This document shows, piece by piece, positions 46,579 to 64,000 of a stretch of DNA of 64,000 nucleotides. Position 1 is the stretch's first letter. Each line of letters begins with the position of its first letter. This DNA is from the human T2T-CHM13v2.0 reference genome, Homo sapiens: NCBI RefSeq assembly GCF_009914755.1, contig NC_060925.1, one strand, 5' to 3'. A model generated the notes under the pieces. The model was not told the origin of the DNA, searched no databases, and saw only the letters and a list, made by a program, of their open reading frames with translations. The translations under genes were made by a program, and so were the position numbers.

Positions 46579-46643
46579 GTTAGATGATCAGATGTCATTC
46601 CCAAGCAAATAACATATTGCTATCCTTGATGTTTGCGAGGTAG

Positions 46644-47019
<376 letters not shown>

Positions 47020-47211
47020 CCCATAGTTACTTCAGTACTGACTGGACACTTTCACAACAATAGCTCCTATTCATATAACCTGTTTTTATCTGAACTCTGT
47101 TGCCTCCGTTTATGGTGTGCAGGTTCAGAATCCTTTGTTCTAAAAGAGTAACAGTATTTCTTGTCATTTATTTTATGGATTATGTATCAGGTCTTTTTCT
47201 TACCTGATTAG

Positions 47212-47534
<323 letters not shown>

Positions 47535-47655
47535 ACAAACAATTTTCCTTCTGATTTAATTTTTATTTTAACTCAACATAATTTTATCTCCTACAATCTC
47601 ATACAGTTAAATTGTGTTGTGTCTAATAATTCCATTTCATAGTTGAAAAAGTAAT

Positions 47656-47965
47656 TTCTTTTTTCTTTTCTTTTCTTTTTGGAAACAGGGTCTTATTGTG
47701 TCACCAAGGCTAGAGTGCAGTGGCACAATCATGGATCACTGCAGTCTCAACTTCCTGGGCTCAAGTGATCCTCCCACTTCAGCCTCCTAAGTAGCTGGGA
47801 CTACAGGCGTGTACCATCACACCCAGCTAATTTTTGTATTTTTTTGTTTTGTAGAGAGAGGATTTCTCCATGTTGTCTAGGCTGATCCTGAACTCCTGGG
47901 CTTAAGTGATACTCCCATCTTGGCTTCCCTAAGTGCTGGAATTACAGGCATCACTACACCCGGCC
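47656..47965 (-). mobile_element. AluJ
   Basis: Dimeric Alu. Confidence 0.9.
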
Positions 47966-48679
47966 ATAATTTTCTTGTACATTTTATTTAATCACAATAT
48001 TCTTCTTTTCCTCTCATTCATTTTTTCCATTTATACTCATAGTCTTTCTTATTATTGCCCATATTTTGTGCTCTTTTGTTCATGGCTTTTGCAGAGCTGG
48101 TTCCTTATTGATTCATACTTCCCCTACTCTTCACCTGCCTAACCCCCACTCATTATTCAGGTGTCACCGTAAATGACATTTTTTTCACATATACTTTGAT
48201 TTAACTCCCAACTGGGGTAACTCTATTATATGCATTCCTAGAATTCTATGCATACTATTTGTAATAATCAGTACATTTGTAATTCCTTGTTGTGTGTCTG
48301 TTTTCTCTGCTGTGAGTTCCATGAGGGACTATGTCTATCTTGTATACCACAGGTATCATCAGCAAACACCCTAGTACGGAGTGGGTTAGCAAGAAATATC
48401 TGTTGGATGAAGACATGAAACAGATCTAATATAGATAAAACAATATGAAAACAAATGGTGAAATTTATTGCAAGTATACTAAAGGTACAGAGAAAGTAGA
48501 TCTCTAGAGGATGAATAGAATAGACACCAATGTTTCTTAATTTCTTATTGACCCTGAATCCCTAACAGAGCAACACATTGCATGTAGGAGATGTTCGTAA
48601 ATGTTCACCAAATAACTAGATGAATGAAAGATTTGAAATGGATAATGAATGATAACTAGGCACTAGAAAGAGAAGGGCA

Positions 48680-48999
<320 letters not shown>

Positions 49000-49456
49000 T
49001 TAAGTGAAAAGGGGGATAGATACCTGCCTACACAAAGGAAGGGAAGGAGCATAGCTCATAGGGAAATGGGAGACAACAAAGTGCCTAGCAAAGAGGGGGT
49101 TAAAGCAGACTGATGGCTTTGTGGGATGTGAGGTTGTACTAAGACTGCTGGCTTCAAAATCCACTCAGAGGAATTTAGATTTTAATATGATAATTTATAA
49201 AGAGCTTTTATAGGTTCTTAAGCAGAAAAAGTGACTTAATGAAAGCAGGATTTTGGAAAACTGAGTTTGGTGGCTATATGGAAAATGAGGAGGGAGGGAG
49301 GGACTAAGGAAAGACTTTAAGCTTAGAAAGCTAGAAGATAGTACTTCTGACGGCATGGAAATTTTAATAAGCATTGTATATAAAATTTCTAATCTCTTTT
49401 GTCAAGGCCATTAAAGATCCTTGTTGGTTAAGGTCACCTGGTTCATATATATATGT

Positions 49457-49743
49457 ATTTTTTTGAGACAGAGTCTTGCTCTCGCTCTGTTGCCCAGCTG
49501 GAGTACAGTGGTGGTGTGATCTCGGCTCACTGCAACCTCTGCATCCCAGGCTCAGGTGATCTTCCCACCTCAGCCTCCTGAGTAGCTGGGACTACAGGCA
49601 CACACCATCATGTCCGGCCAAATTTTCTGTTAATAGGGATGAGATTTCCCCTTGTTGCCCAGGCTGGTCTTGAACTCCTGGGCTCAAGCGATCTGCTTGC
49701 CTCAGCCTCCCAAAGTGCTTGGATTGCACCATTGCACTGGGCC
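49457..49743 (-). mobile_element. AluJ
   Basis: Dimeric Alu. Confidence 0.9.
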
Positions 49744-49784
49744 TCATGTTGTTACAATGAGATTATTTTCACCATTGTATTAAC

Positions 49785-50150
49785 TAATAATAAATATTTA
49801 GTATGTACCAGGCACTATTCTAAGCATATATGTATCTTTACACTAACTCTATGACATGAGTATGCTAACTACCTTTTTACAGATGAGGAAATTAAGATAC
49901 AGAGAACTTAGCTGGGTGCCATAGTGAATGTGTATAGTCCTAGGTACAGGCTGAGGTGGGAGGATCACTTGAACCCAGGAGGTGGAGGCCAGCCTAGGCA
50001 ACATAGCAAGACCCCATCTCTTAAAAAAGCAAAAAAAGACACATAGAACTTAAGTAACTTGCCCATGATCGTACAGCTAGCAAGTGGTGGAGCTGCCATC
50101 AAACCTGGGCTTTCTGATTCTGGTGTCCCTACTCTTAACCACTGCACTGT
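49785..50150 (-). mobile_element. MIR with a + strand FLAM-like monomer inserted at about 49910-50037
   Basis: ttttacagatgaggaaattaagatacagagaactta ... agaacttaagtaacttgcccatgatc; TSD-like agaactta. Confidence 0.7.
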
Positions 50151-50339
50151 AGACTTTAGTTTAAATAATTACCAATTTAGTTTTAGGGCTGATGAGTTAA
50201 AGTGATTGTATGTGGTTCTATTTACATTTTGTATGTAACCAGATCACTGGCATAGCTAGTACATGCACTTAAATACTGAAGTCTCATGGAACGGTAGAAC
50301 TAAAATTACCTCTGGGGCATTTCCTAATATGTGACTAGT

Positions 50340-50649
50340 TTTTTGTTGTTGTTGTCATTGTTTTCTTTTTTGAGACAGGGTCTTGCTGTGTTGCCCAGGC
50401 AGGAGTGCAGTGGTGTAATCGTAGCTCACTGGTAGCCTCCTGGGATCAAGGGATTCCCCCACTTCATCCCCTGAAGAAGCTGGGACTACAGGTGTGCACC
50501 ACTGTGCGCAGCTAATTTTTAAATTTTTTGTAGAGATGAGGTCTTACTGCGTTGCCCAGGTTGGTCTTGAACTCTTGAGCTCAAGCAGTTCTTCTGCCTT
50601 GGCCTCCTCAAAGTGCTGAGATTACAAGCATGAGCCACCATGTCTGGCA
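50340..50649 (-). mobile_element. AluJ
   Basis: Dimeric Alu. Confidence 0.9.
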
Positions 50650-50722
50650 ATGACTGTTATTTAATATGTTTGTTTAAGATCAGAAAAATGATGAGCCATA
50701 GTGAAAGAAGAAGAGATGTTAG

Positions 50723-51064
<342 letters not shown>

Positions 51065-51261
51065 TAGCTGTATTACCTTAGTGGGTTAATCTCTCTTCTG
51101 GAATATGGGTATGCTCATATTGTGAAGTTTTGTGACATTTCAATCACGTGTCAAATAACTAGTGTTGTGTATTAGCCTGGTATACTATAATTGTACATAA
51201 ATTGTATGCTATTGTTGTTGTGTTCATTTTTATCATTCAGATTAATTGTTCATATGGTTAA

Positions 51262-51572
51262 TTTTTATTTTTATTTATTTATTTTTTTTTTAGATGAAGT
51301 CTCACTCCATCGCCCAGGCTGGAGTGCAATAGTACAATCTTGGCTCAGTGCAACTTTCGCTTCCTGGACTCAAGCAGTTCTCCTGCCTCAGCCTCCTGAG
51401 TAGCTGAAATTACAGGCAAACGCCACCATGCCCAGCTAATTTTTGTATTTTTAGTAGAGACGGGGTTTTGCTGTGTTGGCCAGGCTGGTCTCGAACTCCT
51501 GACCTTAGGTGATCTGTCCACATCAGCCTCCCAAAGAGCTGGGATTACAGACATGAGCCACCACACCTGGCT
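51262..51572 (-). mobile_element. AluS
   Basis: Dimeric Alu. Confidence 0.93.
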
Positions 51573-52301
51573 TCATTTGGTTAACTTATTGAACTTGTGT
51601 TACAAACTTCTCATTTTCATGTGCTTGTAGGATGTATCTAACTTCCCAATATAGCTAAATTCCCTTAGGATGTAGAGGGCATCTGGGTAAATCTATAAGA
51701 AGGTGAAGTGGCGAAGACTCAAAACATCATTTAACAAAATATATATTGAATCTAACTGTAGGTATTTAATATAAGGAAAAGAAGACTATAAAGGAATAGC
51801 ACAGCATCCACCATTAATATGCATAGGCTCTATTACACTTTGAGACTCATGAGGTTATTTGGTTATAGGATATACTTAACCCTAGGGTTCCCATAAGGAT
51901 GTGGAACATGAACCATAGCTTGATAGTAGTACAGTGTCAGGCGTTTGTTACCTTTGACAGTCTTTGCAACAACCCATGTAGCATCTAACGTAGCTAATTG
52001 GGAGCATCTTTTTGGGCCTTCCTCCAGCCCCAGATAACTGCTCAAATGACAAGATTCACATCAGGCAGGTGTAGGAGCTGTCCTGGCTTAGAAGTCTTAT
52101 TCCTGACAGCAACCAATATCTCTTGGAAAAACTTCATAGGCATAGATTCCAGGGTGTCTCTAGGGGACTTGCTCTGCTACAAGAGTGACTATTGAAGTAA
52201 GACCAAAGTTATGGCTATCTATCAGGGGTGTACGGTTCTCCCTGTTCAAATATAATTTATTATCTTTCACTTTTGCCCATGTTGGAATAGTAAGGATTGA
52301 T

Positions 52302-52727
52302 TGTATGGATTGAATTGTGTCCCTCTAAAGTTCATATATTGAAGTTGTAACCTCCCAGTACCTCAGAATATGACTTTATTTGGAGAGAGGGTCTTTACAA
52401 AGGTAATCAAGTTTAAATGAAGTCATTAGAGCAGGTCGAAATCCAATATGACTGGTGTCCTTATAAGAAGGGGAAATATGGAAACAGACACACATATAGG
52501 GAAGATGATGTGAAGAGACATAGGGAGAAGATGGCCAACTACAAGCCAAGGATAGAGGCCTGGAAACAGATCCTTCTTTCACAGCCCTCAGACGGAACTA
52601 TCTCTGCTGATGTTGATTTTGGGCTTGATTTTGGACTTCTAGCCTCCAGAAATGTAAGACAATGCATTTCTGTTATTTAAGCCATCCAGCTTGTACTTTG
52701 ATATAGCTGTGCAAGCATGCTATCACA
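52302..52727 (+). mobile_element. MaLR LTR (MLT1B-like)
   Basis: tgtatggattgaattgtgtccc ... atccaatatgactggtgtccttataagaag ... ggacttctagcctccaga. Confidence 0.8.
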
Positions 52728-53847
52728 CCAGTCCACCTTAAACAACTAAATATCAAGACAAAGTATGATAAAAACAAAAGATAATGGGCAGAGAAGGTGA
52801 GTCTTCTGCTTACCCTATCTTACTGCCTGTAGTTTTCAGGCCATAGAGCGGGTAGGGGAAACCCAAACTGACTTAGAGGTCTCCCTGACTTGAGGAGACA
52901 GAGTTGAGAAATATAGAGAGCCTACGATGGTTAGAATTTGCAGGACCGATTGCCAGAAGTGTTTTAAAAATTCAGGAGATCTGGAAAGATTTCTGGAGTC
53001 TTAGCTGATTACTTACTAGTCAGTGTGTCTATACGAGGAAAGCACTGCAAAGAAATGGGTAGAACAATTCTCACAGGGCCAGGAATAGTTTGTATTCTTA
53101 CCAGCCAGAGTGACAAAGGTTCTTGTACTACATGGGCCACATTATGTCTAATGACTCAAATTATGTACAGATTCAAACTGCTCTGATCCTACCTAATAAG
53201 CTTTAAAGAAAGCTTGAAAAGGATGAAAGAATGGGCACATTAAGGAGAGCTATGGAAGATATAAAAAAGACCCAAATCAAGCTTTAAGAAATGTAGGTGG
53301 CAACGGGATGAAAAGTATGTTGGATGAAATTAAATGCAGTTTAGACAATGCTGAAGAAAAAACTCGTGATCATGAAAACATAACAACAGAAATGATCCAA
53401 AATGAAACACAGAGAAAAGGCTGAAAAATTAAATAAACAGCACGTCATCGAGTTGTGGAATGTCAGGCAGCCAAATTCTGTAATTGAAGTACCCAAAGGA
53501 GAGAAAAGGTGGTGGACCTAAAAAATATTTGAAGAAACAATGGTTAAAAAATTTCCAAATTTAATGAAAATTATAAACTTACAGATCCAAGAAGCTCAAT
53601 GAACCCCAATTGCAAGAAACAGGATAAAAACTACATTAAGAAATGTTATGATCATAATCAAATTGTATAAAAATTCACATAAAGAGAACCTTAAAAGCAG
53701 CTTGAGGGAAGAAATCTTCCTTATATACTTAGGTATTTTGCAAATACAAAAGTGACAGCATATTTCTCATGAAAACAATGCAAGTTGCAAGACAGTGCAG
53801 CAAAATCTTTAAAATGCTGAAAAGAAAAACTGTCATCCTATATTTTA

Positions 53848-54430
<583 letters not shown>

Positions 54431-54628
54431 GGCAAAGCGTTTTCTCGGATACATATAATTTATCACCAACAGACCTGTTCCACAAGAAATGTAAAGTCCA
54501 TCAAGGAGAATACCAAATATTGGAAATCTGGATCTACACAAAGGAATGAAAAGTGACAGAAATGATAAATTTATAGGTAAACATAACATCTTTTTAAAAG
54601 ACAATTAACTGTTTCAAATTAAATGTTT

Positions 54629-54922
54629 GGCCGGGTGCAGTGGCTCATGCCTGTAATCCCTGCACTTTGAGGGGCTGAGGTGGGAGGATTGCTTGAAGCC
54701 AGGAGTTCAAGGACAGCTAGGCAACAAAATGAGACACCATCTTTACAAAAAATACAAAAATTAGCTGGGTATGGTGGCACATACCAGTATTCCTAGCTAC
54801 TCTCTAGGCTGAGGCAGGAGGATTGCTTGAGCCCAGTGATTGGAGGTTGCAGTGAACTATGATCACACCATTCCACTCCAGCTTGGGCAATGGAATGAGA
54901 CCCTGTCTCTAAAATAAAATAA
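54629..54922 (+). mobile_element. AluJ
   Basis: Dimeric Alu. Confidence 0.92.
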
Positions 54923-55319
54923 CATATATTAAATAGTAATGTATTGCGGAATTTATACCATATGTAGAGACAAAAATGTAGAACGGTAACAAAAAGGCCA
55001 GGGAAGAGGATATGGAAGTATATGACATGTGATGTGGTATAATTTTACTTAAAAGTTTATTGATAAGTTAAAGATACGTAATATAAACCCAAAAGCAACC
55101 ACTAAAAAAATCAAAATGGGTAGGTATATCTAATCAACAAAAATAATAAAATGGAATCATAAAAGAAGGCTGAAAAAGATAACAAGAGATGGGACAAATA
55201 ATAAATAGCAAGATAGTAAATTTAAATCCAGCCATATTAAAAAAAATGACTCAAATATAAATGATCTAAATACCTTCAAGTAAAAGGCAGAGATTGTGAG
55301 ACTGAATAAGGAAGATTCA

Positions 55320-55683
<364 letters not shown>

Positions 55684-55688
55684 CCACA

Positions 55689-56015
<327 letters not shown>

Positions 56016-56721
56016 TTAATTAAAGCTGAAATGGCTATATTAATATCTAGGTTATTTCAGAACATATATTACAACCAGGGATAAAGAAATACATACCATA
56101 TTTATAAAGGGATCAATTTATCAAAATGATACAACAATTTCAAAACATGTATCTAAATAACAGAGCTTCAAAATGCACAGTGAGAGAACTGGTAAAACAA
56201 AAGGTTAAATGGAGAAACCCACAATAATATTTGGAGATTTCAATAACCCTGTGTCACTAATTGAAGGAAGTAGTAAATAGAAAATCAGCGGGACTATGGA
56301 AAACTTGAAGAACACAGCCAATTTTACTTAATTGATTTTTATAAAATGTTCCGCACAACAGCATCAGAATGCACATTCATTTCCAGTGCACACAGAACAT
56401 TTACAAAATAGACCATTTTCTGTGGTGTAAAAGAGGTCTCAATAAATGTAAGATGATTCAAATCATACAGAATGTGGTCTGTGACCACACAGCTTTAAAT
56501 AAGAAACCAATGCCAGAAAGATCTCTAGAAAATTCCCAAATATTTGGAAATAAAGTGTACATTTCCCAATAATCCATGGGTCAAAGAATAAACCAAAAGG
56601 AAAATTATAAAATATTTTGAACTGCTTGAAAATGAAAACATGAGATATAAAAATTGGGGATACAGCTAAAACAATGATTAGAGATAAATTTATAGCATTA
56701 AACCCTTGTATTAGAAAAAAA

Positions 56722-56990
56722 GGCCAGGTGCGGTGGCTCATGCCTGTAATCTCAGCACTTTGGGAGGTTGAGGTTGGGGGGATCACTTGAGGTCAGGAGT
56801 TTGAGACCAACCTGGCCAACATGGTGAAACCCCACCTCTACTAAAAATACAAAAAAATTATCCGGGCATGATGGTGCGTGTCTGTAATCCCAGGAGGTGG
56901 AGGTTGCGGTAACTCGAGATCACGCCATTGCACTCCAGCCTGGGTGACAGAGCAAGACTCTGTCTCAGAAAAAAAAAAGAAAGAAAAAAA
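56722..56990 (+). mobile_element. AluS with an internal right-arm deletion
   Basis: taatcccag joined directly to gaggtggaggttgc. Confidence 0.92.
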
Positions 56991-57847
56991 GACATCTCAA
57001 ATCAATGACCTACTCGTCTACCTTAAGTAATTAGACAACAAAGAGTAAATGAAATACAAAATAGAAGAAATAATAAAGATAAGCAATCCATAAAATAGAA
57101 GACAAAAACAATAAAGAAAATTAATGAAACCAAAAGCCAGTTCTTTGAGAAGAGCAATAAAATTGATAAACCTCTAGTTAGACTGATTAGATAGGGAAAG
57201 CACAAATTACCTTTTTAGGATGTAAAAGAGGGAAACTATCATTACAGGTCCGATAGACAGTATGAACATGTTTTGGTCAGTGTGCGTTCAACTTAGATAA
57301 AATAGGCAAATTATTTGAACAGTAAGTTTTCACAGCTCTCAAGATTAAATAGATAACCTAAATAGCCCTGTATTTATTAAAAGAATTGACTTTATTGTTT
57401 AAAACCTTCTCACAAAGAAAAGTCCTAGTTCAGATGGTTTCACTGGTAACTTAACAATGAAGGAAGAAATAACACCATTTCTGTGCAAACACACCAAGAA
57501 AATAGAAGAGAAGGAATCTTACTCTATGAGGTCAGCCTTATACTAATAACAAAACCAAAAAAAGACATTACAAAAAATGAAAACTATACATCATACCTCT
57601 CATGAAGTTATTTGCATAAATAGTTAACAAATTTTTAGTAAATCCACTCTAACAATACATAAAATAATAATGTATATTATGACTAAACATGGTTTATTTC
57701 AGGAATGCTAAGTTGGTTTAACATTCAAAACTCATTCCATAGTTTAGGATACAGGATCCTTTAACAGGATGAAAAAGGAAAACCATATGATACAGCAAAA
57801 GCAGTTGACGAAATCCTACTTCCATTCAAGATTAGAGAGAGCATGAT

Positions 57848-57851
<4 letters not shown>

Positions 57852-57888
<37 letters not shown>
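57852..57888. repeat. (TG)18 microsatellite
   Basis: Seen directly. Confidence 0.95.
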
Positions 57889-57890
<2 letters not shown>

Positions 57891-58288
57891 CTTGGCAATC
57901 TAAGAAGAGAACTTTCACAAGCTAATGATTATCTATGAAAAATCTATAACATCTCTAATGGTAACAGACTGAGTGCTTCCCCTTTAAGATTGGAAACAAG
58001 AACGGGATGTTCACTCCTGTTTTTATTGAGCATTGTAATGGAGCTTCTAGCCCATGTAATAAGGGGAAAAAAAATAAGAGTCATAAAATTATATATATAA
58101 AAAAAGACTGTCGGTATTCATGGATAACATGGCTGTCTATGTAGCAAATCCTTATGGAGTCTACAAAATGGCCACTAGATCTACTAAGTGAAGTTAGCAA
58201 AGTCGTGAGATTATTGTATAAAAATCAGTAGTATTTTGGTATACTAGCAATGAACAATTGAATATAGAAATTTAATAACGATACAGTA

Positions 58289-58579
58289 GGCCAGGTGTGG
58301 TGGCTCACACCTGTAATTCCAACACTTTGGAGGACAAGGTGAGCTGATTGCTTGAGCCCAGGAGTTCTAGACCAGCCTGGGCAACACGGTGAGAACCTGT
58401 CTGTACAAAAAATACAAAAATTAGCCAGGTGTCATGGCACATGCCTGTAGTTCCAGCTACTCAAGAGGCTGAGGTGGGAGGATCACTTGAGCCTAGGAGG
58501 CAGAGGTTGCAGTGAGCTGAGATTGTGTCACTGCACTTCACTCTGGGTGACAGAGTGTGACCCTGTCTCAAAGAAAAAA
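58289..58579 (+). mobile_element. AluJ
   Basis: Dimeric Alu. Confidence 0.92.
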
Positions 58580-58815
58580 CCACAACATCAAAAATATGAC
58601 ATAATTTGGGATAAATTTCTTAAATGATCTGTAATACTTATACACTGAAAACTACAAAATATTGTTACGAGAATTTAAAGACCTAAGTAGAGATATATAA
58701 TATTTATGGATTGGTAGACTCAGTACTGTTAAGATTGCAGTAGTCCCCAAATTGATCTGTAGCTTCAACACAATCCCAATCAAAATACGAGTAGGCTTTT
58801 TTATAAATAAAAATT

Positions 58816-59843
<1,028 letters not shown>

Positions 59844-60741
59844 GTTAAGATGTATTTTAAAAGTAGAGTGATCAAAGCAGTATTGTTTGGGTGTAAATAT
59901 ATATGAATAGACCAATGGAACAGAACAGAGAGTCAAAACATAGATGCTTACAGATGCTCAATAGCTTTTCCGTAAAGATGCCAAGGCAGTTCATTAGCAA
60001 AAGGATAATCTTTTGAACAAAAATGGTCTTTATAATTGTATAGCCAGTTGTTTGAAAAAGAAGATGAACCTCAACCTTTACCTCATACCATGTACAAAAA
60101 TTAATTGGAAATGGTTCATAGATTTATACAGAGTTAAAACTAAAACTTCTGAAAGAAGACATAAGATAAAAATCTTAGTGACCTTTGGCTTGAAGGAGGG
60201 TGAGGGAACCATATATTACAAAGGGGCTCAAGGAAATTTTGGGGGGTGATTGCAAGTGCCTTTTTATGAGTATATGCACATGTCAAAATTCATCAAATTG
60301 TACACTTTAAATATGTGTAATTCATCAGTTATTTTAAATATAACTGTAAAAGAAAATACATCATTTTTTTTTTCTGGTAATGTAATAGACGTTCAAACTT
60401 TGATCAGGTCACTGCAGTGATATAGCCAAAGAGTTAACCTATCGAAGTCTCACACAAAAAGGAACAAGGTTTTGTTAACTCTTTACTCAACACCAAAAAG
60501 ATAGGAATAGAGAAGTTTATGTTGGTTGTGATACAAGAATCTGTGAAATCATGTATTTGTACAATTCTCCATCTTGTATAGGACAGGCTGAAAAATAGGC
60601 TGAATGGCCTCTTGAGATTCTTTCCCACTCTTAAGCTTCTAAAATAGGAGTTTTGGTTTATTTTAATTTGAAACTACACATATTCTTCAGAGAAGTGTGA
60701 AATTACAAAAGCATAATTTCATAGGTTCTTTGTAGCACTGG

Positions 60742-60760
60742 CGAGAACAGATGGCGCTAA
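60742..60760 (+). promoter_or_regulatory. Partial CTCF-like motif
   Basis: gagaaCAGATGGCGCTA matches the 3' two-thirds of the CTCF core; the 5' CC is absent. Confidence 0.25.
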
Positions 60761-61827
60761 AATCTGTTTGAGGAATGTTTGATTCTCTGGCCTTCAAGGA
60801 ATACATTTCTTTTAGGGAATTAGGAGCTGATAGTCCTCTTCTTAAAGGAATGAAAGGAGTTGGTCAAAGGTCCTCTGGAGAATAGTGCAGAGGAGAGAGA
60901 TGATGTTCCATTGATTATTGGTATAGCTTTTCCTAGTTTATACATAAAAGACAGTATTTAACAATAGATATGTTCAAATAAAAGAATCCTCAAGAAGAAG
61001 CCCATGATACTGTACCTCCACTGACTGCAAGAGGAGGCCACTGCTGAACCCCACATGCCCAGGATAGTACTGTCTTCTCTCTTGTGTACATGCCCATTGA
61101 CAGGAGTGGTTCTACTACACTGGACTTCTAGTCAAACTCCTGGCTTTCCCTGTCTCCCAGAACTCACAACCTCGCTGCCATATTTGTCCTTGAGACCATC
61201 AGCTCTAATCTCATTGTGTTTATGTCAAGCACCACAAGAAGTTCTGGACTCCTAGGGCATCCCTCATTTATCGTAATTTAATTTCTATCTCTGTACACCC
61301 TCCTTTCTGACCCCATTTCGTATTCATTTTGGAAAACCCAAGATATTAGTTCTTGTAAGTCTTATTTGCCTCTATACATTTCCTTGGTAATCTTATCCAG
61401 TTCTATGGGCTTAAATACTATTTCTAAGCTGACATCTTCCAAATGTTTGTTTTAGCCTAAATCTCTCTGCTGTTTTGTAGACTTGACTGTCTTATTGCCC
61501 ACTTGACATCTCCACTTGCATACACATTTCAAGCTTAGCAAGTTCACCTTTGACATGGTCATCTTACAGGCTTCTCTATCTAAATTAATGACAGTGCTGT
61601 CATCTTTCCAGTTACCCAAGCCCAAAACTTTAGAGTCATCTTTGAATCTTCTTTTCCTCATTCCTTGATAGACAAATCTATCAGGAAATTCTGCTGCCTC
61701 TACTTTCTAAATATATCTATAATCCAGCTGCCTCTCAATCCTGGGACCAGTCTGGTCTCTGACCTAGATTTCTGCAGTGGCCTCCTAACTGGTCTTCCTA
61801 TTAGTACCCTTGTCAGTCTGTTTTTAA

Positions 61828-62149
<322 letters not shown>

Positions 62150-62277
62150 TGGTCCTTTCAAAACTAAGTCATATCATATCACTCCTCTGCTTAAAACCTT
62201 CCACAGATTTTTCATCCCAATCAGAATGACACAAGTCCTCTACACCATTTGTATTTCTCGACTCATTATCTCTGTGA

Positions 62278-62577
<300 letters not shown>

Positions 62578-63047
62578 CTCTGTGACCTCATTTTTTATAA
62601 CTATTCCTTTTCTGTCACTCAGCTCTGGCCACACTGTCCTCAGTGTTCCTTGAAATTCCAGGGCATGCTACCTTACTGCCCTCCAGGGCCTTGCACGTAT
62701 CCCCATGCAGTGGGATAAAAGCCTTTGGCTTTTCCCTCACTTTTTTCAGTAAGACATCCTCTGACTCTCCTATTTAAAATTGTACCCACCAATACTCCCA
62801 GTCCTCCTTCCATGTTTTATTTTTCTCTGTAGCACTTGTCATTGTATAATAGTTTTATGTATTTTACTTATTTGTTTATTGTTTTTGTCTCCTCCTCCTA
62901 CACACAAGAATATAAGCTCTGTGAGGGCAGGAATTTGTTTGCTTGTCTACTACTGAATAAAGCAAGCACTAAAACAGTGTCTGGCACGTATTAGATACTC
63001 AATGCCCATTGGCTAAATGAATAAGTATTTTCTAAATGAATGAGTGA

Positions 63048-63773
<726 letters not shown>

Positions 63774-64000
63774 AGATTGAATGAAGACTCATAGTTGTCA
63801 ATATGTAGATTCATAGGACTTGAAGATGGGGTCTAGCCTCTGGACACTAGTGAATTTCAGCTAACTGGAAGGGTACGTATTTACATTTTTCTTAAAATTA
63901 CTCCAAGAAAGTATATTCTTCCACCTTTTCCATCGTTCTTCAGCTCAGTGTTTCTTTCTCACTTCTAGTTCTGTTCCTCACTTATGCTGTTTCCTCTGTC

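Noticed and set aside
52655-52670. Idea that sense LTRs here lost their poly(A) signals by selection (MLT1B-like aatgca, MER52 cataaa)
   Set aside because: The two antisense MaLR LTRs at 1497 and 29538 also have degenerate hexamers, so neutral decay is enough to explain it

Overview
This is primate (very likely human) genomic DNA lying entirely inside one + strand protein-coding gene, ZFYVE9 (SARA, Smad anchor for receptor activation). The gene is recognised from translated exons. Nine internal GT-AG coding exons (A-I, 1260 nt, 420 codons) splice into one open frame with matching phases. They encode the C-terminal half of the FYVE finger, the Smad-binding domain, the RVWF PP1-docking motif and the start of the conserved SARA/endofin C-terminal region. 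The gene start and end lie outside the window. The rest is intron filled with about 65 Alu-family SINEs, old L1, L2 and MIR fragments, MaLR and ERV1 solo LTRs (including a 1.6 kb MER52-type LTR), hAT DNA-transposon remnants and microsatellites. Almost all ORFs in the supplied track are repeat-derived noise. I find no evidence of a new biological system. The observations worth following up are: isoform switches around the FYVE and Smad-binding exons; a C16 splice-acceptor tract; a young 126-bp duplication with a templated spacer; a sense-oriented LTR; and inverted Alu pairs. Exon coordinates were counted base by base. Repeat boundaries are approximate (about 10-30 bp). Repeat subfamily names come from my recollection of consensus sequences, not from a search.
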